64,000 nt of DNA from Euryarchaeota archaeon UBA251 (GCA_002497905.1 DAFJ01000073.1:3929-67928); one strand, 5' to 3'. Positions 38,065-46,503 are shown, numbered from the stretch's first letter. The notes: generated by a model not told the origin, from the letters alone. Program-made: numbers and translations.

Positions 38065-38895
38065 ATGCGTACGGATGTCATTGGTCGTGTGTCATTTGCG
38101 AATTGTGATCCGTTGTTCCATGGTCTTGACCCTAAATGGAAGGTTCTACCTGCACCTCCTTCGTGGTTGACTGGGCATCTCCTGCGTGGTGAATGCCTAA
38201 TTGCACCAATCCCAATGGCTGACTTAGCGAGAAATGCTGACACTCTCTGTGCGATTGATTCAATTGGAATTGCCTCCGATGGAGGGGTTGGGTCTGTACT
38301 CCTGTTTGGTGATTGTCCCGTTGAGGAAATGAGGGATATTGCAGTACCTACGGATTCCTCTACTTCGAGGACATTGCTACCATGGCTTCTATCTGAGCGC
38401 GGATTCCGGCCACGACTCATAGAGATGGGTCCGAATCTAGAATCTATGCTGGAACGATGCGATGGGGCTCTATTGATTGGTGATCGTGCAATCCATCACG
38501 CTCACCTTCAGCCAGACCTCGTTCGAATGGATCTTGGAGATGAATGGTTAGACATCACTGAGATGCCAATGGTATTCGGTGTATTCTGTGCCCGCCAAGA
38601 TGCGGATAATACAGCGGTTAGTGATGCTATTTCAGATCTTGAGAGCGCCCTATCTAGATTTGAGAATGAGCCTTTGTTTAGACAGGAGGTAATCGCAAGA
38701 TCAGCAAAAGTCACACGATTTAGTGTAGGTCGAATGGAGACCTATTTTGGATCCGAGGTAAGGAATCGATTGACACCTAAAGATCGTGCTAGTATGCAAC
38801 GATTTGCGACAGATGTCTGCGGCCTTGAGGGTGAAGTTCCCTGGTGGGGCGATAATCAGTCAGAACCAGTTAGTCGCCGCAATGCTGCATCGTAA
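38065..38895 (+). CDS. mqnA: Chorismate dehydratase MqnA (menaquinone via futalosine)
   Basis: N-terminus MRTDVIGRVSFANCDPLFHGL resembles the MqnA start (RIGRISYLN..P). PBP-like length of about 276 aa, next to the mqnE/C-like gene. Start taken at ATG 38065 rather than the track start 37903. Confidence 0.7.
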   Translation: MRTDVIGRVSFANCDPLFHGLDPKWKVLPAPPSWLTGHLLRGECLIAPIPMADLARNADTLCAIDSIGIASDGGVGSVLLFGDCPVEEMRDIAVPTDSSTSRTLLPWLLSERGFRPRLIEMGPNLESMLERCDGALLIGDRAIHHAHLQPDLVRMDLGDEWLDITEMPMVFGVFCARQDADNTAVSDAISDLESALSRFENEPLFRQEVIARSAKVTRFSVGRMETYFGSEVRNRLTPKDRASMQRFATDVCGLEGEVPWWGDNQSEPVSRRNAAS

Positions 38896-41420
38896 TCTTC
38901 GTCATCATCTGTGTTATCGAATTCGGAGCTATCCGGATTAACATCACTAGCTTCGAGAATCTCTTCCATTGTTACATCTCTAGTGACTCGTTTTGTCACC
39001 TTTCGCTTGGATGATCGACTTACGCGTCGTCGTCGAGTAGGTTCAGATGTCTCTGGTTCAGAGTATTCGTCTACTTCTTGTCTCTGATTAGGTGGTGCAC
39101 GAGGAGCTTTCTTCTGAATAGGTTCCTCGTTTGTTTTCTGTCGTTGATCAGGTGGTCGACGAGGTGCAGCCTTCGAGGTCACTTCTTCTTCGTTCCAGAT
39201 TTCTAGTTCTTCATCGAAATCCTCGTCGTCTTGCATTGTTTGTACGCTACCAATTGCCATTTCAAACTCTTCGAAATCAATGACTCCATTTCCATCTTCG
39301 TCCAAACTTTCCACTAGTGCTTCCAGTTGTGCCACTGGTAACGCAGCAATCTTGAGCGAGCGAAGTCCTGCGACTAGTTCATCTGATTCGAGTGTCCCGT
39401 TACCGTCTTCGTCAAAGCGATTAAACAGGTCCCGGACACTCATTTCATTATCTATCATCCATGACTCAAGTTTCTCCATTACTTGATCATAGACAAAGAG
39501 TGCACCACAATCAGAGCAGAGTAAAGCACCGGGAGAGTTCATCGATCCACATACCTCACAAATCTCCTCAAGTTCATACTCATAGGTCATGCGTCGCTTC
39601 AAAATTAGGAATATACTCGCGCCAACGGCGATTATGAGGGGGATAATTAGCAATGGTTGTAGAAGTGTGTCGAGAAAACTTCCTACAAGTGTGGGTTCTG
39701 GTTCTTCGGGAGGAATCACTTTGAGATCTAATACATCGCTCATGGTCCAAACGGTGGAGCTGTTCCTCAGTTCTCCCTCTACCATGATGTGGACAACTGC
39801 TGGTCTACTATCGATGCTCTGCAGGATACTACCATCTCTTGATTCGAGACCTTGGAGTATCCGTACATCATAGGGTTCCACCATGCGTGTCGGGTCAATC
39901 TTCAACGTTGTAGTCCAAGTCATCCTCACATGACTCAACCAACCTACGCCGTTTTGAAGAGTTGAAGTTCCACTCAATCCCTCGCTGATTTCACAACTCG
40001 TCTCTGCTCCCCAAGGGACGCTACCATTGATCCTCACAATGTCAATCCACTCTTGTGCGATGGAATCTAAATCCGTCGGACCACACAGTTGTCGTGCCAT
40101 CATTCCAGCTTCTGAGAAGGAAGTTGTTGCATCGTCAGTAAGGGCGACTGCAGATATGGTGCGAATGTCTCTTGAAAATTCCAACGGCAAGGTAATTGTC
40201 TCCTTGACAGTTAGTGTGCCATTCGGAGAAAGGTCAAGTTCAATCTGCCGTATGTTATCTAAGTCGGCATTGACGCTACAATCTGAACCCTCTGCGCAGG
40301 TGTTGTCGAATGAGTCCGGAATCATGTCACCGTCATCATCATTGTCCAATGAGTCCGGAATACCATCTCCGTCTGTGTCGACTCCATCAGCGGTAACTCC
40401 TGTTTCGTGAGGTATAGAATGGTGTATCGGGATGATTCCTGTATTGGTTGCGAAGGCAATTTCAGAAGAATCTGCAGATAGTGAAAATACATGTGTCTGC
40501 ATACCGAGCTGCATTCTCCAATTGAGTTGTTGATTGATTGTGTTCCAGGATTCCAACCATTGTTGTTCACCAACCGTTCCGGTTAAGGCGATAATCTCGT
40601 CATCGAGAAAGATTTCCTCAAATTGAATGACAGATGATTCCGTTTGAATGATTGATAGGAATGAGTAGGGATCTGTAGCCTGTCGTTGAACGATTGCATC
40701 ATTGAGTGACCATATTACTTCAGCACCATTGTGGTTGAATGCGCAGTCAGATATGGGTGCATCCACTGACCATGAATGAAGGATAGATAGGTCATCGAGA
40801 TTGAGGAGAGTTGCGAAATGGTCACTGTCATCCGTTAATCCAACGATTACGCGCGAAGTTGTGTTATCTACTGCAGTGCATCCGACTTCCCCTCCAAGAT
40901 CCACAGATGCCTCTAACTGGAGCCCGCTTTCGTTGATGTTGTATACTACTAGGTTATCATCTGCTGTCGAGAAGATTACCTGCGTTGAATTAACAGCTTG
41001 GACGCGAATTCCATCTACCGGTTCTTCTGTGTGGATTCGCTTGTCTGTGTGGTCTGCAACTTTCAGGGCAGTCACTGACGGGAGACCTGACATCGGTTGA
41101 ACTTGGGCTACAATCAACTTGGATGAATCAGTTGTCCAAGTGATATCGATAATCTCATGCCCACTAAATTCACCCATGGCGGTGGAGAAGAGGAGCTCTC
41201 CATCTGTTCTCCAGACGTTCACGTAGACCATGTCTGCCGAGGCAAACATTGAGCCATCAGGTGAGTACGCAACATCGATGATATCGGTGGCTGGCCTGCC
41301 ATCGAGTCGATTCATGTGTAGGCTATCATCGAGCACATGCACTGGCTCAGGTATGTCGGCTACGACGACAGGCAGGAGCAATAGCATGACAAGACATCCG
41401 CTGAGAACGCGAGCCCGCAT
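38856..41420 (-). CDS. Large type-I membrane protein: signal peptide, beta-propeller-like ectodomain, TSP3-like Asp repeats, TM helix, cytoplasmic zinc ribbon + EF-hand pair, charged tail
   Basis: Signal MRARVLSGCLVMLLLLPVVVADI (ATG 41420; the track TTG 41462 is an alternative). DVAYSPDGSMFASAD WD-like blades. DTDGDGIPDSLDNDDDGDMIPDSFDN. TM LLIIPLIIAVGASIFLIL. CEVCGSMNSPGALLCSDCG. EF loops DEDGNGTLESDE and DEDGNGVIDFEE. Confidence 0.8.
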   Translation of the reverse strand: MRARVLSGCLVMLLLLPVVVADIPEPVHVLDDSLHMNRLDGRPATDIIDVAYSPDGSMFASADMVYVNVWRTDGELLFSTAMGEFSGHEIIDITWTTDSSKLIVAQVQPMSGLPSVTALKVADHTDKRIHTEEPVDGIRVQAVNSTQVIFSTADDNLVVYNINESGLQLEASVDLGGEVGCTAVDNTTSRVIVGLTDDSDHFATLLNLDDLSILHSWSVDAPISDCAFNHNGAEVIWSLNDAIVQRQATDPYSFLSIIQTESSVIQFEEIFLDDEIIALTGTVGEQQWLESWNTINQQLNWRMQLGMQTHVFSLSADSSEIAFATNTGIIPIHHSIPHETGVTADGVDTDGDGIPDSLDNDDDGDMIPDSFDNTCAEGSDCSVNADLDNIRQIELDLSPNGTLTVKETITLPLEFSRDIRTISAVALTDDATTSFSEAGMMARQLCGPTDLDSIAQEWIDIVRINGSVPWGAETSCEISEGLSGTSTLQNGVGWLSHVRMTWTTTLKIDPTRMVEPYDVRILQGLESRDGSILQSIDSRPAVVHIMVEGELRNSSTVWTMSDVLDLKVIPPEEPEPTLVGSFLDTLLQPLLIIPLIIAVGASIFLILKRRMTYEYELEEICEVCGSMNSPGALLCSDCGALFVYDQVMEKLESWMIDNEMSVRDLFNRFDEDGNGTLESDELVAGLRSLKIAALPVAQLEALVESLDEDGNGVIDFEEFEMAIGSVQTMQDDEDFDEELEIWNEEEVTSKAAPRRPPDQRQKTNEEPIQKKAPRAPPNQRQEVDEYSEPETSEPTRRRRVSRSSKRKVTKRVTRDVTMEEILEASDVNPDSSEFDNTDDDEDYDAALRRLTGSD

Positions 41421-41458
41421 GCGAATAGCAAGGATACGCCTGTTATATCCGTATGGTC

Positions 41459-41935
41459 TCAATCAGCATAATTGAGACGTTTTGATGAGACATACTCTAG
41501 TAAATCGAGGGCAACTTCGCAGGATTCTGCTACTACAACAGCATCGTCATCCACGAATTCCTCTAGGGTTGCGAGAGCTGTTCTATCTCCGATTGCCCCT
41601 AAGGCTTCAGCTGCTTCATGGCGCACCATGACATCTTCCTCTCCATCGGCCAACCGATCGATTAGATGTGGGACTGCTGCAGAATCCTGCATCTGCCCCA
41701 TGACATACGCAATCTCGTGTTTGAGTAGCGCAGAATCAGATTCGAATGCTGCGGCTAACGCATCTACAGCATCTTTCCCACCAATATTTCGAAGCGAGAA
41801 TAGGGCACGCATTCGTAGAAACATTCTAGCAGATTCATCGCAGAGCGTGGATTTCAGCGAATATATGTCATTCTCATCACTGGGTGGTGCAGGGTCGACA
41901 GAATCAAACTCTGAACGTTCAGGTCGTTGGTCCAC
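41459..41935 (-). CDS. Half-length deoxyhypusine hydroxylase (DOHH)-like HEAT-repeat protein
   Basis: Two His-Glu motifs in DOHH-type context (SALLKHEIAYVMGQMQDSAAVP and DVMVRHEAAEALGAIGD), plus RMRALFSLRNIGG, AESCEVALDLLEY and terminal NYAD. 158 aa. GTG start 2 nt after the mqnD stop. Confidence 0.75.
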   Translation of the reverse strand: MDQRPERSEFDSVDPAPPSDENDIYSLKSTLCDESARMFLRMRALFSLRNIGGKDAVDALAAAFESDSALLKHEIAYVMGQMQDSAAVPHLIDRLADGEEDVMVRHEAAEALGAIGDRTALATLEEFVDDDAVVVAESCEVALDLLEYVSSKRLNYAD

Positions 41936-41937
41936 GC

Positions 41938-42804
41938 CTATTCCTCCGCTCCAATGAACTCAAGCGCATCCACGTCAAGATCAGCCCGGATCATCCCAAT
42001 TTGTTGGCCTTCCTTGAGAAAACGTCGTACTGCTTCTCTACCTTCAGGGCCATAGTCGATGGTTCGTTCGTTAACATACATCTGAACAAACTCTTCATTT
42101 GTCTCTTCGTCAATTCCTCGTCCCCATTCGATTGCGAATGCAAGGCCTTCTTCAGGGTCAGCAATCGCATGTGCTATTGAAAGTCGGACATGTTCCGTGA
42201 TGATATCGCATGCATCATTTCCGAGATCGCGTCGGACGACATTTCCACCAAGGGGAAGCGGCAGTCCTCCAGTCATTTCAGCCCACATCTCGCCAAGGTC
42301 AGCGACGAGATGGAGGCCTTCATCCTTCCAAGTTAATTGCCCCTCGTGGATGATAAGTCCTGCGTCAACATTGCCTGCCTTGACCTCATCCATGATTTTG
42401 TCGAATGGGACGACAACAGTATCCAAATCACCTACCATGATTCTAAGCGCGAGATGGGCTGATGTCTTTATCCCCGGTATCGCGATTTTTCCATCAAGTA
42501 TCTGATCGATGGTTTTCTCACCTAGTGTGACGATTCTCGGGCCATATCCCTCGCCCATCGAAGCCCCGCAGTTCATTAGAGCATAATCTTCGAGTACGTC
42601 GGGTAATGCATGGATTGAAACAGCTGATACTTCGAATTCGCTGTTCAATGCCTTTTGATTAAGTGTCTCAATGTCGAGAAGTTCATGTTTGTACAGGTAT
42701 GGAGTGGTATCGAAACGACCGGTAGTCATGGCATGAAACATGAATGCGTCGTCTGGATCCGGAGAGTGGCCGATGCGAATAGTATGGGATTCCCCTGAAG
42801 TCAT
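41938..42804 (-). CDS. mqnD: MqnD-like protein (1,4-dihydroxy-6-naphthoate synthase; MqnA/MqnD family)
   Basis: N-terminus IRIGHSPDPDDAFMFHAM matches the SPCPNDTF-type MqnD start. About 288 aa. Start taken at ATG 42804. Confidence 0.7.
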   Translation of the reverse strand: MTSGESHTIRIGHSPDPDDAFMFHAMTTGRFDTTPYLYKHELLDIETLNQKALNSEFEVSAVSIHALPDVLEDYALMNCGASMGEGYGPRIVTLGEKTIDQILDGKIAIPGIKTSAHLALRIMVGDLDTVVVPFDKIMDEVKAGNVDAGLIIHEGQLTWKDEGLHLVADLGEMWAEMTGGLPLPLGGNVVRRDLGNDACDIITEHVRLSIAHAIADPEEGLAFAIEWGRGIDEETNEEFVQMYVNERTIDYGPEGREAVRRFLKEGQQIGMIRADLDVDALEFIGAEE

Positions 42805-42827
42805 GTGACAGGACCGGCAGGTTCGGT

Positions 42828-42835
42828 GTAAAAAC
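42828..42835 (-). promoter_or_regulatory. Candidate TATA-like box (GTTTTTAC) for mqnD operon
   Basis: Centred about 27 nt upstream of ATG 42804. Confidence 0.25.
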
Positions 42836-42901
42836 GAATGTGTGACACTTGGGGTTCCTTTGGCCGCTGTCTTGAAATGCCTCGCTCGATTGTGGCATAC
42901 C

Positions 42902-43096
42902 ATGGTCGACGCAGAGAAACTCAGCATCGCTCGAGGTCAACTTGGACCTAAATGCGCATCGTGTGGATCACCTCTAATTTTCGCTGAGGCTTTGGTCATT
43001 GATTCTGAGTACCATTGCTTTTCTTGCTACGAGAAGGTCACTGGGGCATCTAGCGCTTCTGAGCCGAAGGAAGTATCTGGTCTCCGGATGGATTGA
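42902..43096 (+). CDS. Small zinc-ribbon protein (hypothetical)
   Basis: 64 aa from ATG 42902: CASCGSPLIF...YHCFSCYEK four-Cys ribbon. TTGAAATG box about 26 nt upstream. Confidence 0.4.
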   Translation: MVDAEKLSIARGQLGPKCASCGSPLIFAEALVIDSEYHCFSCYEKVTGASSASEPKEVSGLRMD

Positions 43097-43122
43097 TTTA
43101 GCGTCGTGCCCTGTCTGCGTAT

Positions 43123-44328
43123 GTGAGTACAGCGAGACATCAGTTCCGTTTCTCGGAGTTCTATCGTAGCCTCGCTCCCTCAGATCTCTATCTCCCTCCC
43201 CGTCTTCGAAGTCGGGAATGGATGTTCATGGGTTGGGACGAACGTCCTCCTCGTCGTCATTTGGGATATTCTAGTGCTGAAGATTTGCATCAAGTACTGA
43301 CGCGTTCAAGCCCTCCTCACTCATGCTTTCACAGTACGGCATACTATGACCGTCCGTCTGAGTGGAAGATGGCAGACAAGGGTTGGCGAGGTGCGGACCT
43401 AATTTTCGATTTGGATGGAGATCATCTTCCAGGGGTCGATGCTCTCAATTTCCCTGCGATGCTCACTACTATTCAGGAGCAGGCCTATCGACTTTGGAAT
43501 GACTTCTTAGAGCCAGATTTTGGATTCAAGGAAGAGCACGCAACTTTCAGTTTCTCAGGGCATCGTGGTTTCCATATCCACTACCGTCACCCTAGCATAC
43601 TGCATCTGGATTCGAAGGCACGTCAGGAAATTGTTTCACATATATCTGGTGCCAATCTGAATATTGAGATGGCCCTCGCAGGTCCACGAGTCGGCTGGGG
43701 GAGGCGTGTTGCCCGTGGCGTTGATTCCGTCCTTGATAGGTTGCAACTTTACCATGAGTCCTCTGACGCGGAACGTAATCGAATTTATCGGGAACTCCGC
43801 TCCACTGCCGTCTTAGGTTCAGCAAATATGTCAAGGAGGCCTACAATGAGTGAGAAAGCTATGGAAATGTTGGCAGCAATGTCTGTCGATGCTGACCGTC
43901 GAAGACGATTGAAGAATTCTCTCAATAATATGGGTAAGCAGTTTGGGAAGAATGGTGAATTGTTCACTTCCTTAATTCTCGGTGATCAGAGTGTGGTTCT
44001 CGATCAGGCTGCAGAGAATGATGACAATGTCACTGTCGATATACGGCGTGTGATTCGTTGGGTTGGGAGCCTCCATGGTAAGGCAGGACTTAGAGTGACT
44101 GAGTTTCCTCTATCTCGCCTTGACCCTGATGGTTCAGATGCGTTTGATTCACTCACGGAGGCAGTACCGTTTTCGATACAGACAATGGAGAAAGTCCGCA
44201 TTCTACATGATGATGTTACTGCGAGAATTGCCGATGAGGTCGTCGAAGGAAATCGAGGTGATGAAATCGAGGTGACAGAAGCAATGAGCATATTCCTCGG
44301 TTTGAAACGGTGGTGCGAACCTCTCTGA
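43123..44328 (+). CDS. priS: DNA primase small (catalytic) subunit PriS
   Basis: Catalytic Asp motif ADLIFDLDGDHL and FSGHRGFHIHY. N-terminal FSEFYRS...REWMF block. GTG start. Confidence 0.85.
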   Translation: MSTARHQFRFSEFYRSLAPSDLYLPPRLRSREWMFMGWDERPPRRHLGYSSAEDLHQVLTRSSPPHSCFHSTAYYDRPSEWKMADKGWRGADLIFDLDGDHLPGVDALNFPAMLTTIQEQAYRLWNDFLEPDFGFKEEHATFSFSGHRGFHIHYRHPSILHLDSKARQEIVSHISGANLNIEMALAGPRVGWGRRVARGVDSVLDRLQLYHESSDAERNRIYRELRSTAVLGSANMSRRPTMSEKAMEMLAAMSVDADRRRRLKNSLNNMGKQFGKNGELFTSLILGDQSVVLDQAAENDDNVTVDIRRVIRWVGSLHGKAGLRVTEFPLSRLDPDGSDAFDSLTEAVPFSIQTMEKVRILHDDVTARIADEVVEGNRGDEIEVTEAMSIFLGLKRWCEPL

Positions 44329-44405
44329 GGTTCCATTGATTCGGCGTCCTCCATCGGGGAATGTTAAAACCGTAATCGTGCTGAATCCAATACAGGGTGG
44401 CCGGG

Positions 44406-45629
44406 ATGACATCGGATGAAGAGAATCCACCTTTGCCACCAGGGGCTATGCCTCCTCCTCCACCTCCAGGTGGTATGATGCCCCCTCCACCTCCTGTAGG
44501 TATGCCTCCTCCGCCTGCTGAAATGCCGCCCCCGCCTCTGCCTGCAGAAGCTCCGTTGCCCCCTCCTGATGCCCCCCCTGCACCCCCTGCTGAGATGCCA
44601 CCACCGCCTCCTGCAGTAGCTCCCGCTCCCCCTGCTGAGATGCCGCCACCACCTCCTGCAGTAGCTCCCGCTCCCCCTGCTGAGATGCCACCACCACCTC
44701 CTGCAGTAGTTCCCGCTCCCCCTGCCCCTCTCCCAACTCCTACACTGACTCCTGATCCAGTGGCACCGGAACCTCAGCCCACACTGTCATCCAATGATCG
44801 GATTGATCTTCGTAGTCTTCGTGAGGGCTCTGATGACACGGTGCAGAATCATGACCAGATGTACGGGCATATCGATCGTATCGCTTCGGGGCAAGTCGGT
44901 ACTTTGCTCGATCGCTTCTCAAATCGTTTTGGTTCTGATCTCGACCGTGAGATCATTGTGTTGCGTAAGAAGGAGCAGCAGGCAATGCGCGAGGTTAATC
45001 CTACTGTTGAACTAATCAGTGGTGGGCAATCAGAAGTGGCAGATATTGAGGATCAGATGGATGATGCCGAAGATCTCAAGGCTGCGATTGAGGACGCAAT
45101 CCGTCCACTTAAGAAGCGTTTTGATAGGGCTAAGAAGGAACGGGATACATCCTTAATTCGTAAGATTCAACCACGCTTGAAGGCACTTGTTGAGGAGCGT
45201 AAGATAGTCATTGAGGTCATTGATGGAGAGCGAGATTTCGTTGATATCACTTCTCTAATCGATGAATATCTCGGTGAAATACCTCCTGAGGATGAAGATG
45301 AAGATGAGCATGTCATGGAGGATGTTTCAGAAGAGCCTGCCTCCGCAGGTGAGGATGATAGTGGAGATGAGGACTTCCGTGCCTTCACTGATTTGGCCAA
45401 TGAACTCCTAGGTCTAATGCCAGAGGACTTCCAGAAGGAGTTCATATCCGGACCAGATATCGAATTCTTCTCTACCGTGTTCAATGATCCTGCTGCCACT
45501 AGTGAGGACGATCGCCGTGGCTTTGTAGAGATGATAAATCGCGAACTAGGATCCGCTCCTGACGCGGTTACGGACCGTCTTGTCCAAGACATTGAATTGG
45601 CGAAGCGGATTAAGATAAGATATGGGTGA
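44406..45629 (+). CDS. Polyproline-repeat / acidic coiled-coil protein (hypothetical)
   Basis: The first 125 aa or so are almost pure Pro/Ala/Met repeats (PPAEMPPPPPAVAPA x3, plus PPPPPPGGMMPPPPPVGMPPPP), followed by a charged helical region. ATG 44406; the track GTG 44397 is an alternative. Confidence 0.6.
   Translation: MTSDEENPPLPPGAMPPPPPPGGMMPPPPPVGMPPPPAEMPPPPLPAEAPLPPPDAPPAPPAEMPPPPPAVAPAPPAEMPPPPPAVAPAPPAEMPPPPPAVVPAPPAPLPTPTLTPDPVAPEPQPTLSSNDRIDLRSLREGSDDTVQNHDQMYGHIDRIASGQVGTLLDRFSNRFGSDLDREIIVLRKKEQQAMREVNPTVELISGGQSEVADIEDQMDDAEDLKAAIEDAIRPLKKRFDRAKKERDTSLIRKIQPRLKALVEERKIVIEVIDGERDFVDITSLIDEYLGEIPPEDEDEDEHVMEDVSEEPASAGEDDSGDEDFRAFTDLANELLGLMPEDFQKEFISGPDIEFFSTVFNDPAATSEDDRRGFVEMINRELGSAPDAVTDRLVQDIELAKRIKIRYG
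44586..44720 (+). repeat. Three tandem copies of a 45-bp in-frame repeat
   Basis: Unit CCTGCTGAGATGCC(A/G)CCACC(G/A)CCTCCTGCAGTAG(C/T)TCCCGCTCCC at 44586, 44631 and 44676. Only 3 variable positions. Encodes PAEMPPPPPAV(A/V)PAP. Confidence 0.9.
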
Positions 45630-46489
45630 ATGATATGGGACTCCTAGACCGATTGGATGATGATGCGAGCGATGCCGATGAGGATGCTTCGATTGAGACC
45701 GCCCCTGCCAAGGATGTCAAGAAGGCCGAGGCCAAGAAGACGAGCCGTCGAGGACGACGTGCTAAGGCAAAGGAAGAGAGTCCTGTAGATGATATTGAAG
45801 AAGATGAGGAGGCGCCACGCCGTCGAGGAAGGGGCCGCCGAGAGCGTAAACCTCGAGAGAAGAAGGAACGAGTCGTCCGAAAGATTGGCGAAGATCGAGA
45901 AGTTGCTGGAATAGCTGCGTTCTCCTTTCGCCGGATAGTTGACTTCATTGTCAACTACGGCTGGGCGATTCCAATCTTAGGACTCAGCCTTCTTGGAACT
46001 AATTCTGATTTTACATGGTTCATCATCGGTGGTTTGGCTCTAATGTTGTTGAACAATATTTTCCTGCCTTATCAGTTCGGTAGGACGTTGGGGAATTTCA
46101 CAACACGTACGATGTTTGTTCGGCACACTGGAAAGCCTCCAATGTTCATGTTCTTCTTGATGAAGACATTCTACTTCCCGTTCTTGCTTCTCGGTTTGTT
46201 TGGGGTTCAGCTTGCTTTAGAATATAGCAAGGATACGAACATTATTGCCTTGGTAATCTGCATTCTCTCGCTACTCATCTTCCTTGCAGATACTATCATT
46301 TCCCGGGTTCGTAAGGATGACCGAATGGGCCTCTGGGAAACTGCATTCCTCGGTGTCTGGCTAACTAAGCATATCAGCACAGGTGAATCTAGCGGCTGGC
46401 TCAAACGCTTGGAGTCGTCGGGTGACTTCTTTGAGCAGCGTGGATGGGGCGTCGATGGTGAAGGCGATGACGAAGCTGATGAATCCTGA
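45626..46489 (+). CDS. RDD-family-like membrane protein with charged disordered N-terminus
   Basis: Lys/Arg/Glu-rich N-terminal 90 aa or so, then RRIVDFIVNY...GRTLGNFTTRTMFV with 3-4 TM helices. GTG 45626 overlaps the upstream stop; alternative ATG 45635. Confidence 0.55.
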   Translation: MNDMGLLDRLDDDASDADEDASIETAPAKDVKKAEAKKTSRRGRRAKAKEESPVDDIEEDEEAPRRRGRGRRERKPREKKERVVRKIGEDREVAGIAAFSFRRIVDFIVNYGWAIPILGLSLLGTNSDFTWFIIGGLALMLLNNIFLPYQFGRTLGNFTTRTMFVRHTGKPPMFMFFLMKTFYFPFLLLGLFGVQLALEYSKDTNIIALVICILSLLIFLADTIISRVRKDDRMGLWETAFLGVWLTKHISTGESSGWLKRLESSGDFFEQRGWGVDGEGDDEADES

Positions 46490-46503
46490 AGGATTTTCGT
46501 CTC

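Noticed and set aside
41472-41957. 161-aa plus-strand ORF (Ser/Ala-rich) opposite the DOHH-like gene.
   Set aside because: The minus-strand frame gives a motif-rich HEAT/His-Glu protein that aligns to a known family. The plus frame is low complexity with no recognisable features.
44446-44736. 96-aa minus-strand ORF across the proline repeat. Minus-strand ORFs at 45167-45592 and 45610-45954 are similar.
   Set aside because: These are antisense readings of repetitive or charged plus-strand coding sequence. Their composition is an artefact (Gly/Glu or Ser/Arg runs). The plus-strand genes form a tightly packed co-oriented series with overlapping stops and starts.
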